A DNA stretch of 63,935 bases, the filler included, from Craspedostauros australis (taxonomy: Eukaryota): the NCBI GenBank assembly GCA_030167865.1. It is 6 parts of 6 records of this genome, joined end to end, with 100 filler letters (N's around TTAATTAATTAA, not from the genome) between each part and the next. Parts side by side here need not be neighbours in the genome. Positions count along the whole stretch, not along the records: positions 61,081 to 62,715 come from JALAGF010002076.1; positions 62,816 to 63,935 come from JALAGF010002077.1; 4 more parts are not named here. One strand, 5' to 3'. The notes below the pieces were generated by a model, which saw only the letters and a list, made by a program, of their open reading frames with translations, made no database searches and was not told the origin of the DNA. Within the stretch, counting starts at the first letter, position 1; every line of letters begins with the position of its first letter. Position numbers and translations under genes: made by a program. Positions 61,081-63,935 of this stretch are shown one piece after another.

Positions 61081-62715
61081 GGCTCTGGTGGTCGCGACGA
61101 TTTGCTTCTCCAGCAACGGAATGAGGCTGCTGGTTGTTGGCAGGTTCGTTTTAAGGCATTGCAGTCCACTGACAGCCATCACCTTGAGCGCATCATTGTA
61201 CATACCTTCGATGTCGGGCTTGGCGTATTTGAAGCCAGCTGATTTGCCTTTCTTGCCTGTTGCAGTTGGTTTCTTGGTGGTTGCGCAGGTTGCCTCATCC
61301 TCCTCCAACACGAAGTCCGTGTGAGACACAGTAACGCCAATCTTGTTGCCATCCTCGTCAGTTTCAGTGAACGTTTGTTTCCGCACATTCATGCTCAGTC
61401 CCTTGTTCTCCGTCACAAATTCGTCACCTCCTTCCGCAGCACAAATTGCGTAGGCGATCTGATGGTGGCGAACATACGCGCGAGCCACCTTGTCCAGCCC
61501 AAATTGTTCCCAACAGGTTCCACAAGCACCCCACAACGCATCAGTGGTGAACATGCGACTCCCGTGGCGCTTACCTTGATGTGCTGACACATGTTTTGAC
61601 ATCGCTGGGAATATTGCATCGTCTTTCACATTCGTGATGGGAGAATTTGATGGTTGGAATTGTAGGTGCCATCCGCGACTGTCGAACTCCTCGTTGATAA
61701 ACCTGAGCAGTTCCGTGTCTCTGTGTGGCCCCGCGCCATCCATCTGGTACCGAATCACCACGTTCTTTCCCGTTTCGGCCTTGATTTTGCTGGCGAGCAA
61801 ATCCAGTGCAGGGATTTCTTTTTCGCGGAAGAATTTCTTGAGGCTGTANTTNGGCTTGGGCTTATCAGGCGCACCAACTGATTCCTTGCTGCCCGTGATC
61901 TCCAGTGGTTGAAAGTACAGTTCACCCTTCTTGCAAGAGATTTTGTTGTCATCAGGAAGGTGCTTGTACTTGGTTGGCAAGACCCAAGTTCGCTTGTACG
62001 TGGTCTTCTGCGCTCGAACCATGCGCCCAACATGTTCGAAGCTGACCCGATATGCCTTTCCTCCTTGCCCAAAGCAGTTGTCTATTGGAGCGAACGCTGT
62101 TGATGCAATCGCCATGGTCTTTTCAATGTGGCACTTGTGGTGCACAGGATGCTTCACAGGCTTAACTCCCATTTGGGGCAAATGTTTGAGGTTGCGCCAA
62201 GCAACAATAGAGTAGAACCACTTCTCATCCATGTGGACAACAACAACTTGCGTATTTGGGAACTGCTCAGCTGATTCCCAGAACACACAGAAGTCCTTCG
62301 CCCAGATGTCGCGCTTCACCTTGATGTCGCCCTGGATCTTGGGGAGCATTGTTGTAGAACGGTATTCGCTGCCCTCCAATCCCATCACGTATGTTCGAAT
62401 GGTTTCTGCACAAACGCATTGGACGTTGCCCCTTCCTGCTAGTTCGCGTGCAACATCGTCTCACAAGATTGCGCCATTGCATCGTCGCAACACATCCTGG
62501 AGCTCAAATTGCAGGAGAGGACCACGCTCCAACCACGAATCAGACAGGGATTTTGCGGATGCCAGCTCTTCAGGCGAAGCATGGTCAAAGGCATAAGAGA
62601 TGTCCTCAGTCGTCAACCGTTGTCTTGGATGCTTAAGCTGCAGTTGTTTCGCAAAGATGGCACGCGGCGTGAAGTATTGCTGTTGCTTCTTGGGGCAGGT
62701 GAAGATGGTGCTGCC
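61081..62715 (-). mobile_element. Tc1/mariner (IS630-Tc1-mariner) DDD transposase, probable pseudogene, truncated by contig ends
   Basis: Catalytic motifs VHMDEKWFY, YQMDGAGPH and QPSNSPITNVKD (cf. plant-type MLE VHIDEKWF, QQDNA.PH, QPPNSPDLNVLD). An in-frame TGA at 62461-62463 interrupts the upstream HTH-like region. Confidence 0.88.
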
Positions 62716-62815
62716 NNNNNNNNNNNNNNNNNNNNNNNNNNNNNNNNNNNNNNNNNNNNTTAATTAATTAANNNNNNNNNNNNNNNNNNNNNNNNNNNNN
62801 NNNNNNNNNNNNNNN
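62716..62815. other. Artificial contig linker (44 N + TTAATTAATTAA + 44 N)
   Basis: Same 100-bp structure. Confidence 0.97.
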
Positions 62816-63935
62816 AAGGCATACGCTCGTGCACAGAAGACGAAAGACGTGATGTTGGGCAAGACCAAGGTACCAACAGTGAGTGAGATCGCGGCAGCCG
62901 CCGATGAAGCCAAGGAAGCGATGGAGGAGATCTACGAGCTGGGATGCGACTGCTTCAGTGATCTGATCCTTATGATGGATGCAGAGAAAGGAAAAGGCAA
63001 GCAGGCCATCCAGTACATCAACCAATGCATCTCTGACGACTACCCCAAAGGAGACGCACATGCAGCGTGGAACGTTCTCGCGGAGAAGTTCCGACCATCC
63101 GATGCGGTGATGAAGATGAAACTCAAGCGCCAATTCAACAACGAAAAGATGAAGAGAGACACGGACCCCGACACCTACATCATGCAACTCGAGAGTCTAC
63201 AATCGCGTCTCCACGATGTCAAATACGAGATCTCGGACGAGGAAATGATCATGCAAATCCTCAGCACGGTGAGCAACAAATACAGAACTCACATCGTGAA
63301 CTTCCAACACCAACTCACGTTCAATCCAGAGCTGGTTACCATCAACGCGATCAGAGGAGTACTCCGCACTGCATACGCTACGCACAGAGGAAGCAAAGCA
63401 TACGTTGACGACTTCCAAGACAGCAACACGAAGAGCAACGATACCGGCTTCGCAATCACCGGTAACTTCAAGGGTACTTGTCACAACTATGGCGTGTATG
63501 GCCATAGATCCGCCAATTGCCCAGAACGCAAGAAATCGAACAACAAGAAAAACAACAACAACAACAACAAGATGAACGGAAAGCGCAACAACAATCGCAA
63601 CAAAGGAAGCGGCTTCAAGGGCAAATGCAACTACTGCGGCATCTTCGGACACCGCGAGGCAGAGTGCCGAAAGAAGAAGTTCAACGAGAAGAAGAAGGCC
63701 GACGAGCAGGCCAACACAGCTACGGAAGGACACGACAAGAGCGGACACGAGATGGTACTCTCAGCAAAGGACATGCCGCTCTGCATGTTGGTGTCCGACG
63801 ACTACATCGAAGACTCCTTCTTCGATAACTTCGAGTACGTCGGGAGTGACAACGAAGTGCAGGATGATGAGATCATCCCGGAGTGGCTCAGTGAGGAGCC
63901 AATCATCCACGAGGTGGATCCAAGACGCGAAGTGA
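62816..63935 (+). mobile_element. Ty1/copia LTR retrotransposon gag (CoDi-like), partial; open at both ends
   Basis: An uninterrupted frame from 62816 to the window end (absent from the ORF track because it has no stop): YPKGDAHAAWNVLAEKFRP...KLKRQF...DPDTYIMQLESLQSRL...ISDEEMIMQIL, then FKGTCHNYGVYGHRSANC and FKGKCNYCGIFGHREAEC zinc knuckles. Confidence 0.9.

Noticed and set aside
24879..62815. Five identical TTAATTAATTAA 12-mers
   Set aside because: Each is centred in exactly 44+44 N and gives stops in all six frames, so it is an assembly linker and not a biological repeat or CRISPR. Adjacency across linkers is unproven.
58726..63935. Recombinase-like ORF + DDD transposase + gag as one composite element
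   Set aside because: The three pieces lie on three separate contigs and differ in CpG content; nothing shows they are physically one element.

Overview
Eukaryotic, intron-containing genomic DNA, almost certainly from a diatom: it holds a silicon transporter (SIT) C-terminus, a diatom-type HSF and a CoDi-like Ty1/copia gag. The window is not contiguous. Five artificial 100-bp linkers (44 N + TTAATTAATTAA + 44 N) join six contigs (1-24878, 24979-51809, 51910-58625, 58726-60980, 61081-62715, 62816-end), and there is one further 224-N gap. Contig 1 has an HSF, a PAP2-family membrane protein, a spliced SAICAR synthetase with an unexplained PurE-like N-terminal domain, a 4-TM protein, a spliced Spondin_N protein and two low-complexity proteins. 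Contig 2 has a four-FAS1 surface protein, a spliced CPYC glutaredoxin and the most interesting feature: five divergent paralogues of an uncharacterised family (RVxF...WY...RGLE...VLDEQ...G-x-x-D) whose N-terminal motif string resembles the PP1-docking region of spinophilin/neurabin/Phactr. This is a candidate diatom family of protein phosphatase 1 regulatory subunits. Contig 3 has the SIT 3' end, a GST and a secreted PTSG-repeat protein with an RXL site and a silaffin-like KxxK lysine cluster. The last three short contigs are mobile-element pieces: a CpG-depleted tyrosine-recombinase-like ORF, a Tc1/mariner-type transposase pseudogene and a copia gag. All family calls come from motif recognition by eye; no database search was run.
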